This document shows, piece by piece, positions 8,592 through 17,877 of a stretch of DNA of 64,000 nt. The translations under genes and the position numbers were made by a program. The stretch is from positions 122,001 to 186,000 of the forward strand of contig CAVOVV010000005.1 in assembly GCA_963699955.1 (NCBI GenBank). Reading direction: 5' to 3'. The notes beneath the pieces are model-generated. The model searched no databases. It was given only the letters and a program-made list of their open reading frames with translations, and was not told the origin of the DNA. Origin of the DNA: an uncultured Gammaproteobacteria bacterium. GTDB taxonomy: Bacteria; Pseudomonadota; Gammaproteobacteria; Steroidobacterales; Steroidobacteraceae. Every line of letters begins with the position of its first letter. Positions within the stretch are counted from its first letter, which is position 1.

Positions 8592-9715
8592 CCAAGCAAC
8601 TCCTGCAGCACGTGGACGTACATCGCGTGCAGCGCGTCGATGTCCGTGAGCCGTGCGCATTCATTGACCTTGTGAATACTCGGATTCGGCACGCCGAGCT
8701 CAACGACCTCGGCGCCGGTGGCCACCAAGAAGCGCCCGTCTGAAGTGCCGCCCGTGGTCGCGTACCGGGGCTCCAGGCCGCTCGTTGCCTTGACCGCGGC
8801 GCTGACGGCGGCCGCCAGCCTGCCAGGCGGGCAGTAGAAGGGGGCACCGGAAGGCTGCCACTCCAGGCTGTAGCGCACCCGGTTCTTTCGGAGTATGCCC
8901 TCGATCGTGGCCATCAGCTCCTCGACGCTGTGCACGGGCGCGTAGCGCAGGTTGAAGTCCGCCTGCAGCTCGCCAGGAATCACGTTCAGGGCGCCGGTGC
9001 CGGCGTTGAGATTCGAGACCTGAAAGGTGGTCGGCGGGAAATGCTCGCTGCCCTGGTCCCAGGCGCGGCTGGTGAGATCGGCCAGCGCCGGCGCCAGGCT
9101 ATGCACCGGATTTTCCGCAATGTCCGGATAGGCGACATGTCCTTGCACCCCATGCACGGTAAGGTGCCCGGACAGCGACCCGCGCCGGCCGATTTTGAGG
9201 ATGTCGCCCGTCTGGTGTTCGCTCGAAGGCTCGCCGACGATGCACCAGTCCAGACGCACGCCGCTCGCCCGCAGCGTCTCGACCACACGCCGCGTGCCAT
9301 CGATCGATGGTCCTTCCTCGTCGCTCGTAATCAGGAAGGCCAGCGATCCGCGGCCTGGCCAACCTTTTGCGACGAAGGCCTCCGCGGCGGTCACCATGGC
9401 GGCGATGCCGCTCTTCATGTCCGCCGCGCCGCGCCCATAGAGCACACCGTCCCGGATTTCCGGCTGAAACGGGTCCGAGTGCCAGGCTTTGAGCGGGCCG
9501 GCGGGCACAACATCGGTGTGCCCTGCAAAGCACAGCACCGGGGGAGCTTCGCCCAGCACCGCCCAGAGGTTGTCCACTTGGCCGTAGCGCAGGTGCTCGA
9601 TCCGGCACCCGAGCTTCGCGAGTCGCTCGGCAATGAGTTGCTGACAGCCGGCGTCGGTCGGCGTCACCGAGGCTCGGCTAATCAGTTCCTGAGTAAGCGC
9701 AACGGTGGCAGACAT
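8588..9715 (-). CDS. dapE: Succinyl-diaminopimelate desuccinylase
   Basis: MSATVALTQELISRASVTPTDAGCQ...GHTDVVP...M20 peptidase motifs. About 375 aa from the internal ATG. Confidence 0.9.
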   Translation of the reverse strand: MSATVALTQELISRASVTPTDAGCQQLIAERLAKLGCRIEHLRYGQVDNLWAVLGEAPPVLCFAGHTDVVPAGPLKAWHSDPFQPEIRDGVLYGRGAADMKSGIAAMVTAAEAFVAKGWPGRGSLAFLITSDEEGPSIDGTRRVVETLRASGVRLDWCIVGEPSSEHQTGDILKIGRRGSLSGHLTVHGVQGHVAYPDIAENPVHSLAPALADLTSRAWDQGSEHFPPTTFQVSNLNAGTGALNVIPGELQADFNLRYAPVHSVEELMATIEGILRKNRVRYSLEWQPSGAPFYCPPGRLAAAVSAAVKATSGLEPRYATTGGTSDGRFLVATGAEVVELGVPNPSIHKVNECARLTDIDALHAMYVHVLQELLG

Positions 9716-9830
9716 CGAATTAACCCTGTGGCGGAAGGCCTCGCGCGCCAGCGCCTTATACGGCGAAAGCATTTTGCGTGCAATACGTTGGCAATGTCAT
9801 TGAATCGCAATACTCAGCGCGCGATTCGCC

Positions 9831-9864
9831 GTGACACGAAACTGTCACACAGCACAAGTATAAA
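9831..9864 (+). promoter_or_regulatory. Pho-box-like element (GTGACAC-GAAA-CTGTCAC) plus -10 TATAAA upstream of the porin gene
   Basis: 7-4-7 arrangement at 9831-9848, with TATAAA at 9859-9864, 10 nt downstream. The element is also a GTGACA-N6-TGTCAC palindrome. An extra TGTCAT sits at 9795-9800. Confidence 0.45.
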
Positions 9865-9904
9865 ACCGCAGCAGCTCCACTGGCTCTCAAGAAAGGCATT
9901 TCCA

Positions 9905-11272
9905 ATGAATAAAGTTCTCATCGCTGCGGTTGCCGCGCTGACTTTTGGCTTGGGCGCGCCGGTCATGGCGCAGACCTCGAGTGCCGATGCGGCCGCGGCC
10001 CAGGCGCAGATTGATTCGCTCAAGCAGCAGCTGCAACAACTGCAGTCGACGGTCGATGGCATGAAGAGCAATGTCGTGCCCGTGTCCAAGGAGCCGACCA
10101 AGGCGATCGTTGAGGTGGACAACGGCAGCACCACGGTGGGTGGGCAGGCGTTCATGGACTTCGGCAATATTTCCAACCAGCAAAATGGCCTGGATATCAC
10201 CCCGACCGGGACGGGCTTTGACATCAAGCGCTTTTATCTGATCGTGGATCACAAGTTCGACAACGTGTGGGCCGCGAACCTGACCACCGATGCGCAGTAC
10301 CTGGCCGATCGGACCACGAGCGTGGTCTCCTCGGTGGGCCCGCCCCCGAAGACCACCACGGTGACCACCGCTGCGGGGACCGCCGGGGTGAGCGAAGTGT
10401 TCATCAAGAAGCTCTACCTGCAGGCGACCGTCAATGACGCCTTTGTGGTGCACGCGGGCTCCTACACCTCGCCCTGGGCCCCGTTTGTGGAGAGCCTGTA
10501 CGGGTACCGGTTCATCGAGAAGACCCAGACCGACCGGCTCGGCTACGCCAACACCGCCGACTGGGGCCTGAACGCCACCGGCAAGCTCGGCGGGGGGCTG
10601 TTCACCTACTCGGTCTCCATCGTCAATGGCGGAGGGTTCAAGAACCCCTCGCGCAGCAAGTACGTCGATTACGAGGGACGGGTGGGGGTCACCCCGGTGT
10701 CCTGGCTGACCTTCGGGGCCGGCTTCTACAGCGGGCACCTGGGGCAGATCACCACCTCCAACCAGGACTTTCCGAAGAACACCGCCTCGCGCTGGGACCT
10801 GGCCCTGGGCGTGCACGCGGGGGGCTTTCGCATCGGCGGGGAGTATTTCGAGGCCAAGAACTACAAGAGCGCCAATCCCACCACCGGGGTGTACAACGTC
10901 TCGGCGATCACCAGCAACAGCCTCACCGCCCCGCTCAGCGACAAGGGCGATGGCTTCTCGGTGTGGAGCTCCTTTGACTTCAACGCCCAGTGGTCGGTGT
11001 TCGGGCGCTACGATGAGGCCAAGCCCAGCAAGGATGTGGTCTCCGAGCTCAAGGACACCTACTTCACCGTGGGCGTGGACCTCAAACCCCGAAAGAACAT
11101 CGATCTGGCCCTGGTCTACAAGAACGAGAAGGTCGAAAACGGCCAGATATCGGTCTCCGGGGCCGATGCCAACGGCTCCTACACCATCGGGGGCACCGGC
11201 ACGACCACCAACGGCTTGACCACCGAGGGCAAGTTCGACGAGGTCGGCCTGTACGCGCAGTTCACCTTCTGA
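9905..11272 (+). CDS. Outer-membrane beta-barrel porin with an N-terminal coiled-coil segment (OprO/P-like or DcaP-like; family not resolved)
   Basis: Signal peptide MNKVLIAAVAALTFGLGAPVMAQ, then the heptad-like AAAQAQIDSLKQQLQQLQSTVDGMK. Alternating beta-strand pattern rich in G/Y/F/N and a C-terminal ...LYAQFTF terminal Phe. Confidence 0.75.
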   Translation: MNKVLIAAVAALTFGLGAPVMAQTSSADAAAAQAQIDSLKQQLQQLQSTVDGMKSNVVPVSKEPTKAIVEVDNGSTTVGGQAFMDFGNISNQQNGLDITPTGTGFDIKRFYLIVDHKFDNVWAANLTTDAQYLADRTTSVVSSVGPPPKTTTVTTAAGTAGVSEVFIKKLYLQATVNDAFVVHAGSYTSPWAPFVESLYGYRFIEKTQTDRLGYANTADWGLNATGKLGGGLFTYSVSIVNGGGFKNPSRSKYVDYEGRVGVTPVSWLTFGAGFYSGHLGQITTSNQDFPKNTASRWDLALGVHAGGFRIGGEYFEAKNYKSANPTTGVYNVSAITSNSLTAPLSDKGDGFSVWSSFDFNAQWSVFGRYDEAKPSKDVVSELKDTYFTVGVDLKPRKNIDLALVYKNEKVENGQISVSGADANGSYTIGGTGTTTNGLTTEGKFDEVGLYAQFTF

Positions 11273-11398
11273 GCCCACCGCTTTCCACATGACTACTCGT
11301 AGGGAACAAGCAGAAGATGTTGAATCGATGCACTGCGTCCAAACACCTAAACTCGAGTCCGGCTTGATTCGAACGGCAAATAGTTAGACGCTCATGCC

Positions 11399-12172
11399 AT
11401 GACTGCCGAAGGCCTAACGCACCATACGTCCAGCCGCTTCGACGCGGATCTGGAGCGGATCCGCGCGAGCGTGCTGGAAATGGGTGGTTTGGTGGAGCGT
11501 CAGCTGCACGACGCATTGGGCGGCATTGAGAGCGGCAACTCCGACGTCATCGCCGCCGTGACCGAGCAGGAACTGCGCATCAATCAGATGGAACGCTCCA
11601 TCGACGAGGACTGCTGCCGGGTGCTGGCCACGCGGGCGCCTGCGGCCACCGACTTACGGCTGCTGATTGCGGTATTGAAGACCATCACGGACCTGGAGCG
11701 GATCGGTGACGAGGGCGAGAAGATCGCGACCATCGCCGTGCACATGGCCGGAGTCGAACGGCCGCGCACCCGCTATCGGGAACTGCGCCACATTGGTGCG
11801 CTGGTCACGGACATGGTGCGTGGGGCGCTGGACGCTTTCGCGCGTCTGGATGCCGACTTGGCGTTCAAGGTGGCGCGTCGCGACCGGACCGTCGATGAGG
11901 AGTACGAGGCCGTACAACGGCAGTGCATTACCTTCATGATGGAAGATCCGCGCACGATTCGGCGGGCGCTCGATGTCCTGTGGGTAGTGCGGTCGCTGGA
12001 ACGGATCGGCGATCACGCCAAGAATATGTGCGAGTACGTTATATACACCGTACATGGCAAGGACGTGCGCCATACGCGACTCGAGGAAGCGGAACTCGAT
12101 TTGCGCTCCGCCACCAGGCATTCCGCTGCCAGCGGCGCCGATCTGCCGCCCGTCGGCGGAATGGCGCGCTGA
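11399..12172 (+). CDS. PhoU-family protein (copy 2, paralog)
   Basis: 257 aa, collinear with copy 1. Identical blocks include QRQCITFMMEDPRTIRRAL and WVVRSLERIGDHAKN. DNA differs at many synonymous positions. Confidence 0.85.
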   Translation: MTAEGLTHHTSSRFDADLERIRASVLEMGGLVERQLHDALGGIESGNSDVIAAVTEQELRINQMERSIDEDCCRVLATRAPAATDLRLLIAVLKTITDLERIGDEGEKIATIAVHMAGVERPRTRYRELRHIGALVTDMVRGALDAFARLDADLAFKVARRDRTVDEEYEAVQRQCITFMMEDPRTIRRALDVLWVVRSLERIGDHAKNMCEYVIYTVHGKDVRHTRLEEAELDLRSATRHSAASGADLPPVGGMAR

Positions 12173-12381
12173 GCTGCACCCGCAGGCTCGCTTCGAAAAG
12201 GCCAAAAACAAATTGAATCCGCGCCGATCATTGCCATCGGATTGTAGGAGTCTGTCGGCGTGTTGCCCAACTCGCCGCTGTGCTGACGGCCTCCAGGCCT
12301 GCGACCTGCAAGCGCGCGCCGGTGAAGGGCGTGAACGCCGATGTGTGCTATCGTTTCGGTAAGAACAGTCACTGGTAAAGC

Positions 12382-13278
12382 ATGTCCAGCGAGGCCAAGT
12401 TGTCCGGTCTGATGCCCGCCACTGACACGGATTCCGGCATCATCCCGGTGCGTGAGAGCGGGCGTGGCGCTGTGCACGTCAATGTCGATGAGGCGCGCCG
12501 CGCCTCCGCCGTCAATTCGCCGGTCAAGGCCCGCGCCCAGGCCCTGAGCTTCTACTATGGTGAGTTCAAGGCGCTCAAGTCACTCAACATGGAGTTTCGC
12601 GAGCGCCAGGTGACCGCGCTGATCGGCCCGTCGGGTTGTGGCAAGAGCACCTTCCTGCGCTGCTTCAATCGCATGCATGATCTGACGCCGCTGACGCGCT
12701 ACGAAGGCAGCATCATGCTGTACCCCGAGGACATCAATCTGGTGGCCCGCGGCATCGATCCGATCGAAGTCCGCATGCGCATCGGCATGGTGTTCCAGAA
12801 ACCAAATCCGTTTCCGAAATCGATCTTCGAAAACGTCGCCTATGGCTTGCGCGTTCGTGGCCTGCGTTCCCGCGCCCGGCTGGCCGAGCAGGTCGAGCAG
12901 GCGCTGCGTGCTTCGGCGCTTTGGGATGAGGTCAAAGATCGCTTGTCCGAATCCGGCCTGTCGCTCTCCGGCGGCCAGCAGCAGCGTCTGTGCATCGCCC
13001 GGGCGCTGGCCACCAATCCGGAGATTCTGCTGTTCGATGAGCCGACCTCGGCGCTTGACCCGATCGCTACGGCGCGCATCGAGGAACTGATTACCGGTCT
13101 GCGTGAGCGTGTCACGGTGATTATTGTCACGCACAACATGCAGCAAGCGGCGCGCGTGTCGGATTTTACGGCCTTCATGTACCTGGGCGAACTCATCGAG
13201 TTCGCCGAGACCACCAAGATCTTCACCAACCCGAGCAAGAAGGCGACCGAGGATTATATTACCGGTCGCTATGGCTAG
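12382..13278 (+). CDS. pstB: Phosphate ABC transporter ATP-binding protein PstB (no pstS/C/A in the window)
   Basis: [66 protein letters not shown] are PstB-specific. It has an N-terminal extension of about 35-40 aa relative to E. coli PstB as I remember it. Confidence 0.85.
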   Translation: MSSEAKLSGLMPATDTDSGIIPVRESGRGAVHVNVDEARRASAVNSPVKARAQALSFYYGEFKALKSLNMEFRERQVTALIGPSGCGKSTFLRCFNRMHDLTPLTRYEGSIMLYPEDINLVARGIDPIEVRMRIGMVFQKPNPFPKSIFENVAYGLRVRGLRSRARLAEQVEQALRASALWDEVKDRLSESGLSLSGGQQQRLCIARALATNPEILLFDEPTSALDPIATARIEELITGLRERVTVIIVTHNMQQAARVSDFTAFMYLGELIEFAETTKIFTNPSKKATEDYITGRYG

Positions 13279-13313
13279 TCGGTCGCCTGCGTGCACCGGC
13301 CGTTGCGCGCCGC

Positions 13314-14165
13314 TCAGTCCATGCGCAGCAAGTCGTTTAGGGAAGTCTTGGCGCGCGTCTGCGCATCTACGCGTTTGACGATGACCGCACAGTAGAGCGA
13401 GTGCGAGCCGTCCTTGGATGGCAGGGCGCCGGACACCACCACTGAACCGGGCGGCACGTGGCCCTGCAGCGTCTTGCCGGTGGTGCGGTCGAAGATCCGC
13501 GTGCTCTGGCCGATGTACACGCCCATGGAGATCACCGAGCCGGCGCCCACCACCACGCCCTCGACGATCTCGGAACGCGCGCCTATAAAGCAGTGGTCCT
13601 CGATGATCGTCGGGCTGGCCTGGAGCGGCTCGAGTACCCCGCCGATGCCGACTCCGCCCGACAGGTGCACATGGCTGCCAATCTGCACGCAGGATCCGAC
13701 CGTGGCCCAGGTGTCCACCATGGTACCCGTGCCCACATAGGCGCCAATGTTGATGTAGCTGGGCATCAGCACGACGTTGGGGGCGACGTAGGCGCCACGG
13801 CGCACGATGGCGTGCGGCACGACGCGCACGCCGGCGCGCGCAAACTCGTCGGCGCTCAGAGCGGCAAACTTGAGCGGCACTTTGTCATAGAAGCGCGCAT
13901 AGCCGGCCTCACTGACCTGGTTGTCGTGGGTTCGGAAGTACAGCAGCACGGCCTTCTTGAGCCACTCGTTGACACGCCACTGGCCCGAACTGTTCTCGGC
14001 GACGCGCAATTCGCCCCGGTCGAGCAAGTCGATGACCGCATCGATCGCGCCCCGCAGCTCGGGGCCGGCGCTCTCGGGCGTCAGGCTCTGCCGCTGCTCG
14101 AAGGCCGCCTCGATGGCGACACGCAACGGCTCATGACTTGCGCGCTGGTCCGATCGCGCGCTCAT
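13314..14165 (-). CDS. dapD: 2,3,4,5-tetrahydropyridine-2,6-dicarboxylate N-succinyltransferase
   Basis: 283 aa with hexapeptide-repeat C-terminal half and the typical DapD N-terminal domain. Lies downstream of glnD, as in many gammaproteobacteria. Confidence 0.9.
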   Translation of the reverse strand: MSARSDQRASHEPLRVAIEAAFEQRQSLTPESAGPELRGAIDAVIDLLDRGELRVAENSSGQWRVNEWLKKAVLLYFRTHDNQVSEAGYARFYDKVPLKFAALSADEFARAGVRVVPHAIVRRGAYVAPNVVLMPSYINIGAYVGTGTMVDTWATVGSCVQIGSHVHLSGGVGIGGVLEPLQASPTIIEDHCFIGARSEIVEGVVVGAGSVISMGVYIGQSTRIFDRTTGKTLQGHVPPGSVVVSGALPSKDGSHSLYCAVIVKRVDAQTRAKTSLNDLLRMD

Positions 14166-16861
14166 GGAGGCTCAGGCGGACTAAGCGTCTCAAGCAGGCG
14201 GGCACGCAGGCGCTCGGCTGCCACCTCGTCGAGTGGCTGGCGGTGGCCGTCGGTGAGATAGAACACGTCCTCCGCGCGCTCGCCCATGGTGCCGATCTTC
14301 GCGGCCGCCAGATCGACTCGTTCTTCCCACAGCACCTTGCCGACATCGCACAGCAGCCCGGGGCGGTCACCGGCCACCAACTCCAGCACCGAGCGGGCAT
14401 TGCGCTCGTCCACGCTGATGGCAATCTGCGTCGGCGTCCGAAAGACGCTCAGCTGTCGCGGCGCCCGGCGCGAGACCGCCAGCGGGGCCTCGCCGGGACG
14501 CTTGAGCGAGGAGCGCAGCGCGTACTCGATCTCGCCGAGGCGGTCAGCATCGGCAATCATCGCGCCGTCTTCTTCGAGCACGTGGTAGGTGTCCAGGGAA
14601 TATCCCTCGCCGACCGGAGTAATGCGTGCATCAACGACGTTAAGCCCCAGCTGGTCGAGCACCGCGGTGGTACGCGCAAAGCTGTGACGCTGGTGCGGGG
14701 CATACATCAGGAGGGCGGCGGTGCCGGTGCCCGGTTGCGATTCCACGGCCACGCGCGCCACCGCGCCACTGGCATCCGGAGCGGCCAGGACCCGGGTATG
14801 CTGGGCAATCTCCTCGGGCAGGTAGCGCAGAAAATAAGCTTCCGGGAGTCGTGCCCAGGTGGCCTCGATGGCCGCGGGTTCCAAGCCCGAGGCCAGCAGC
14901 AAGGCGCGTGCGCCGGCCTGATTTTCGCGCAGCAGTTCATCCTTGTCGATCGGCGTCTCGAGGCCGCGACGCAGCGCGCGGCGCGTCTTCTCGTACAGGC
15001 TGTGAAACAGCGAGGCCTTCCAGGAATTCCACAATTTTGGATTCGTGCCGCGCACGTCGGCACAGGTGAGCACGTACAGATAGTCCAGATGCGCCTCATC
15101 GCCCACCTTGCGCGCAAATTCCTTGATGACCTGTGGATCACCGATGTCTTGCTTCTGCGCGGTCACCGACAGCAGCAGATGATTCTTGACCAGCCAGGCC
15201 ACCAGCCGCGCGTCATAGCGTGACAGACCCTGCTCCAGACAGAACGCCTCGGCGTCGACCGCCCCGAGCTCGGAGTGATCGCCGCCGCGCCCCTTGGCGA
15301 TGTCGTGAAAGAGCGCGCCCAGGTAGACGATCTCCTGCTTAGCGAGGGTCTGCATGATCGGCGAGACTAGTGGCAGCTCGTGGTTGAATTCCGGGATTGC
15401 CAGGCGCCGTGCGTTGCTGACCACGAACAAGGTGTGGGCGTCGACGGTGTAAGCGTGAAACAGGTCGTACTGCATGCGTCCAACGACGCGTCCGAAGGCC
15501 GGGATATAGCGCCCCAGCACGCCGTAGTTATTCATACGCCGCAGTTCGTGTGTGACCCCGCGCGGCGCCCGCAGGATCTCCAGGAACAGCCGATGATTGC
15601 GCGGGTTCTGGCGGAATTCCTCGTCCACCAGCCACAGGCTGCGCGTCACCGCGCGCATCGTGCCGGCGCGCACGCCACGGATATGCGGGTGCTGCTGCAA
15701 CAGCACGAACAGCTCCAGCAGCGCCGAGGGCTGACGGCTGAACAGCTCTTCGCTTACGGCCTCGAGCGAACCGTCGCGCAGCTGGAACTGCGGGGTCAGG
15801 GGCTTGGGCGGGATGTCATCGCTGAGGATGGCCTCGCGGAACAGCTGCAGCAGCAGTTCATTGAGCAGCTGCACGTCCATCAGTGTGCGGTAGTAGCGCT
15901 GCATCAGCTGCTCGACGGCGAGCGTGTAGTTGCCGTCCTCGTAGCCAAAGCTGCGCGCCAGCTTGATCTGGTGATCAAACAGCAGCCGGTCTTCCTGCCG
16001 GCCGGTCAGCACGTGCAGCCCGAAGCGCACCTTCCACAGAAACGCCTGCGCCTGCTTGAGGCGGCGCAGCTCGGAAGGAGTCAGAAATCCGTGCGTGGCC
16101 AGCTCATCGAGCGACTCGGACCCGAAATGGCGCTTGGCCACCCAGGCGATGGTCTGGATGTCGCGTAGGCCCCCGGGGCCGCTCTTGACGTTGGGTTCCA
16201 GGTTGTAGGCCGTGTCGTTGGCCTTGCGATGCCGTTCCTGCTGCTCGCGAACTTTGGCGGCGAAGTAATCGCGCACCGGCCAGAGTCGGTCCGGGGCCAG
16301 CGCGGTGCGCATCGCCGGGAGCAATGTGGCGCTGCCGGCCAGCCAGCGTGCCTCGAGCAATGTGGTCATGACGCCGACGTCCGCCAGGCTTTCGGCCGCG
16401 CATTCGTTGAGGGTGCGCACGCTGTGGCCGATCGCCAGGCCGATGTCCCACAGGAACGCCACCAGCTGCGCAATCTGATTGCGCTCGCCGTCGGTGAGCA
16501 ATTCGGGCGTCAACACCATGACATCGACGTCCGAGCACGGATGCAGCTCGCCGCGCCCGTAGCCGCCAACCGCCGCCAGAGTTAAACGCTCGGCCAGCTG
16601 AGGTTCGAGTCGCGCACCCCATACTCCGGCGAGCAGTCGATCAATACAGGCCGCGCGCGCTTGCACCAGCGCCTCGACGGGTTCTTCGTCGCGAAACCGC
16701 TGTCGCAGTTCCTCTTGGCTGCGGGTGAGCAGCTCTCGACAGGTGTCGGCCGAGTACTGGCCGGCCGCCAGCAGGCCCGGCAGGCGCTCGAGCAGGGGCC
16801 AATCGATGCGCGGCGCCGGCGGGGAACTCAGCTCGTCGAGAGTGGCGGGGTCGGCGCTCAT
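14162..16861 (-). CDS. glnD: Bifunctional [protein-PII] uridylyltransferase/uridylyl-removing enzyme
   Basis: 899 aa with a nucleotidyltransferase domain ([16 protein letters not shown]), an HD domain ([14 protein letters not shown]) and two C-terminal ACT domains. Confidence 0.9.
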   Translation of the reverse strand: MSADPATLDELSSPPAPRIDWPLLERLPGLLAAGQYSADTCRELLTRSQEELRQRFRDEEPVEALVQARAACIDRLLAGVWGARLEPQLAERLTLAAVGGYGRGELHPCSDVDVMVLTPELLTDGERNQIAQLVAFLWDIGLAIGHSVRTLNECAAESLADVGVMTTLLEARWLAGSATLLPAMRTALAPDRLWPVRDYFAAKVREQQERHRKANDTAYNLEPNVKSGPGGLRDIQTIAWVAKRHFGSESLDELATHGFLTPSELRRLKQAQAFLWKVRFGLHVLTGRQEDRLLFDHQIKLARSFGYEDGNYTLAVEQLMQRYYRTLMDVQLLNELLLQLFREAILSDDIPPKPLTPQFQLRDGSLEAVSEELFSRQPSALLELFVLLQQHPHIRGVRAGTMRAVTRSLWLVDEEFRQNPRNHRLFLEILRAPRGVTHELRRMNNYGVLGRYIPAFGRVVGRMQYDLFHAYTVDAHTLFVVSNARRLAIPEFNHELPLVSPIMQTLAKQEIVYLGALFHDIAKGRGGDHSELGAVDAEAFCLEQGLSRYDARLVAWLVKNHLLLSVTAQKQDIGDPQVIKEFARKVGDEAHLDYLYVLTCADVRGTNPKLWNSWKASLFHSLYEKTRRALRRGLETPIDKDELLRENQAGARALLLASGLEPAAIEATWARLPEAYFLRYLPEEIAQHTRVLAAPDASGAVARVAVESQPGTGTAALLMYAPHQRHSFARTTAVLDQLGLNVVDARITPVGEGYSLDTYHVLEEDGAMIADADRLGEIEYALRSSLKRPGEAPLAVSRRAPRQLSVFRTPTQIAISVDERNARSVLELVAGDRPGLLCDVGKVLWEERVDLAAAKIGTMGERAEDVFYLTDGHRQPLDEVAAERLRARLLETLSPPEPP

Positions 16862-17652
16862 GCCGCGCCGGCTGCGCGACGCTCCGCGGCACCGAGCGTC
16901 AACACTTCATGGCCGGTGGGCGTGACCAGCACCATGTGCTCCCATTGGGCGGACAGTGAATGATCCTTGGTGACCACCGTCCAGCCGTCCGGCATCACCC
17001 GCGTGTGGCGTTTGCCGGCGTTGATCATCGGCTCGATGGTGAACACCAGCCCCGGTACCAGCTCCATGCCGGCGCCAGCCTCGCCGTAATGCAATACCTG
17101 CGGGTCCTCGTGATAGACGCGCCCGATGCCGTGTCCGCAGTATTCGCGCACCACGCTGTAGCCGGCGGCCTCGGTGTGTTGCTGGATGGCATGACCGATG
17201 TCGCCCAGGTGCGCGCCGGGGCGCACCTGCTCGATCGCATTCCACATGGCGGTCCGGCAGGTGTCCGTCAGGCGCTGGGCCTGTATCGAGGGCTTGCCGA
17301 CGTAATACATCCGGCTGGTGTCGCCGTGGTAGCCGTCCTTGATGATGGCCACGTCGATATTGAGCAGGTCGCCGTTCTTAAGCACCCGCTCGTTGGGTAT
17401 CCCGTGACAGACCACGTGGTTGACCGAAGTGCACACGGTCTTGGGGAATCCGCGGTAGCCCACGTTGGCCGGGACCGTGTGCTGGATATTGACGATGTAA
17501 TCGTTGCAAATCCGGTCCAGATCGTCGGTGCTCACCCCGGGAAGCACGTGCTCCCCGATCATGTCCAGTACATCGGCGGCCAAACGACCGGAAATGCGCA
17601 ATTTCCCCTGTTCCTCAGGGGTCTTGATCGAGACTTGGGTGGAGCGGAGCAT
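16858..17652 (-). CDS. map: Type I methionine aminopeptidase
   Basis: 264 aa with VCHGIP, DIGHAIQ, YCGHGIG and FTIEPM motifs. Confidence 0.9.
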   Translation of the reverse strand: MLRSTQVSIKTPEEQGKLRISGRLAADVLDMIGEHVLPGVSTDDLDRICNDYIVNIQHTVPANVGYRGFPKTVCTSVNHVVCHGIPNERVLKNGDLLNIDVAIIKDGYHGDTSRMYYVGKPSIQAQRLTDTCRTAMWNAIEQVRPGAHLGDIGHAIQQHTEAAGYSVVREYCGHGIGRVYHEDPQVLHYGEAGAGMELVPGLVFTIEPMINAGKRHTRVMPDGWTVVTKDHSLSAQWEHMVLVTPTGHEVLTLGAAERRAAGAA

Positions 17653-17697
17653 AGGGGTGCGAGGCCTGCCTAAAGCGTTGTTCCGGCGAGAAGTTCA

Positions 17698-17706
17698 TGG
17701 TATAAA
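17698..17706 (+). promoter_or_regulatory. Extended -10 promoter (TGgTATAAA) for rpsB-tsf, followed by a ~165-nt leader
   Basis: TGGTATAAA at 17698-17706 closely resembles the extended -10 of the E. coli rpsB promoter as I recall it. The distance to the rpsB ATG (17878) is similar to the long E. coli leader. Confidence 0.5.
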
Positions 17707-17877
17707 GCGCGGCCTTTTTTGGCAACGCAATCCACACGCGTATCAGTAACTTGCAGCTGGGTGTCCCCACGCCCTTAGGCTCTCGCCAACCCCGGATCGG
17801 GCGGTGAGGGCCAGAAAGGAGTGGGAATCGCTGGCAAGGATACGCGGAGGCCCTAACCCAACAACGAGGTATCGATC

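Noticed and set aside
8930-9904. N-terminal 325 codons of the 780-aa track ORF that ends as the porin
   Set aside because: This part is antisense to dapE and crosses the AT-richer dapE/porin promoter region. A clean signal peptide begins at the ATG at 9905.
12173-12381. Regulatory RNA or Pho box in the 209-nt phoU2-pstB spacer
   Set aside because: Only weak hairpins are present (for example AATCCG...CGGATT around 12224-12251), and there is no 7-4-7 Pho-box match. The evidence is not enough to call a feature.
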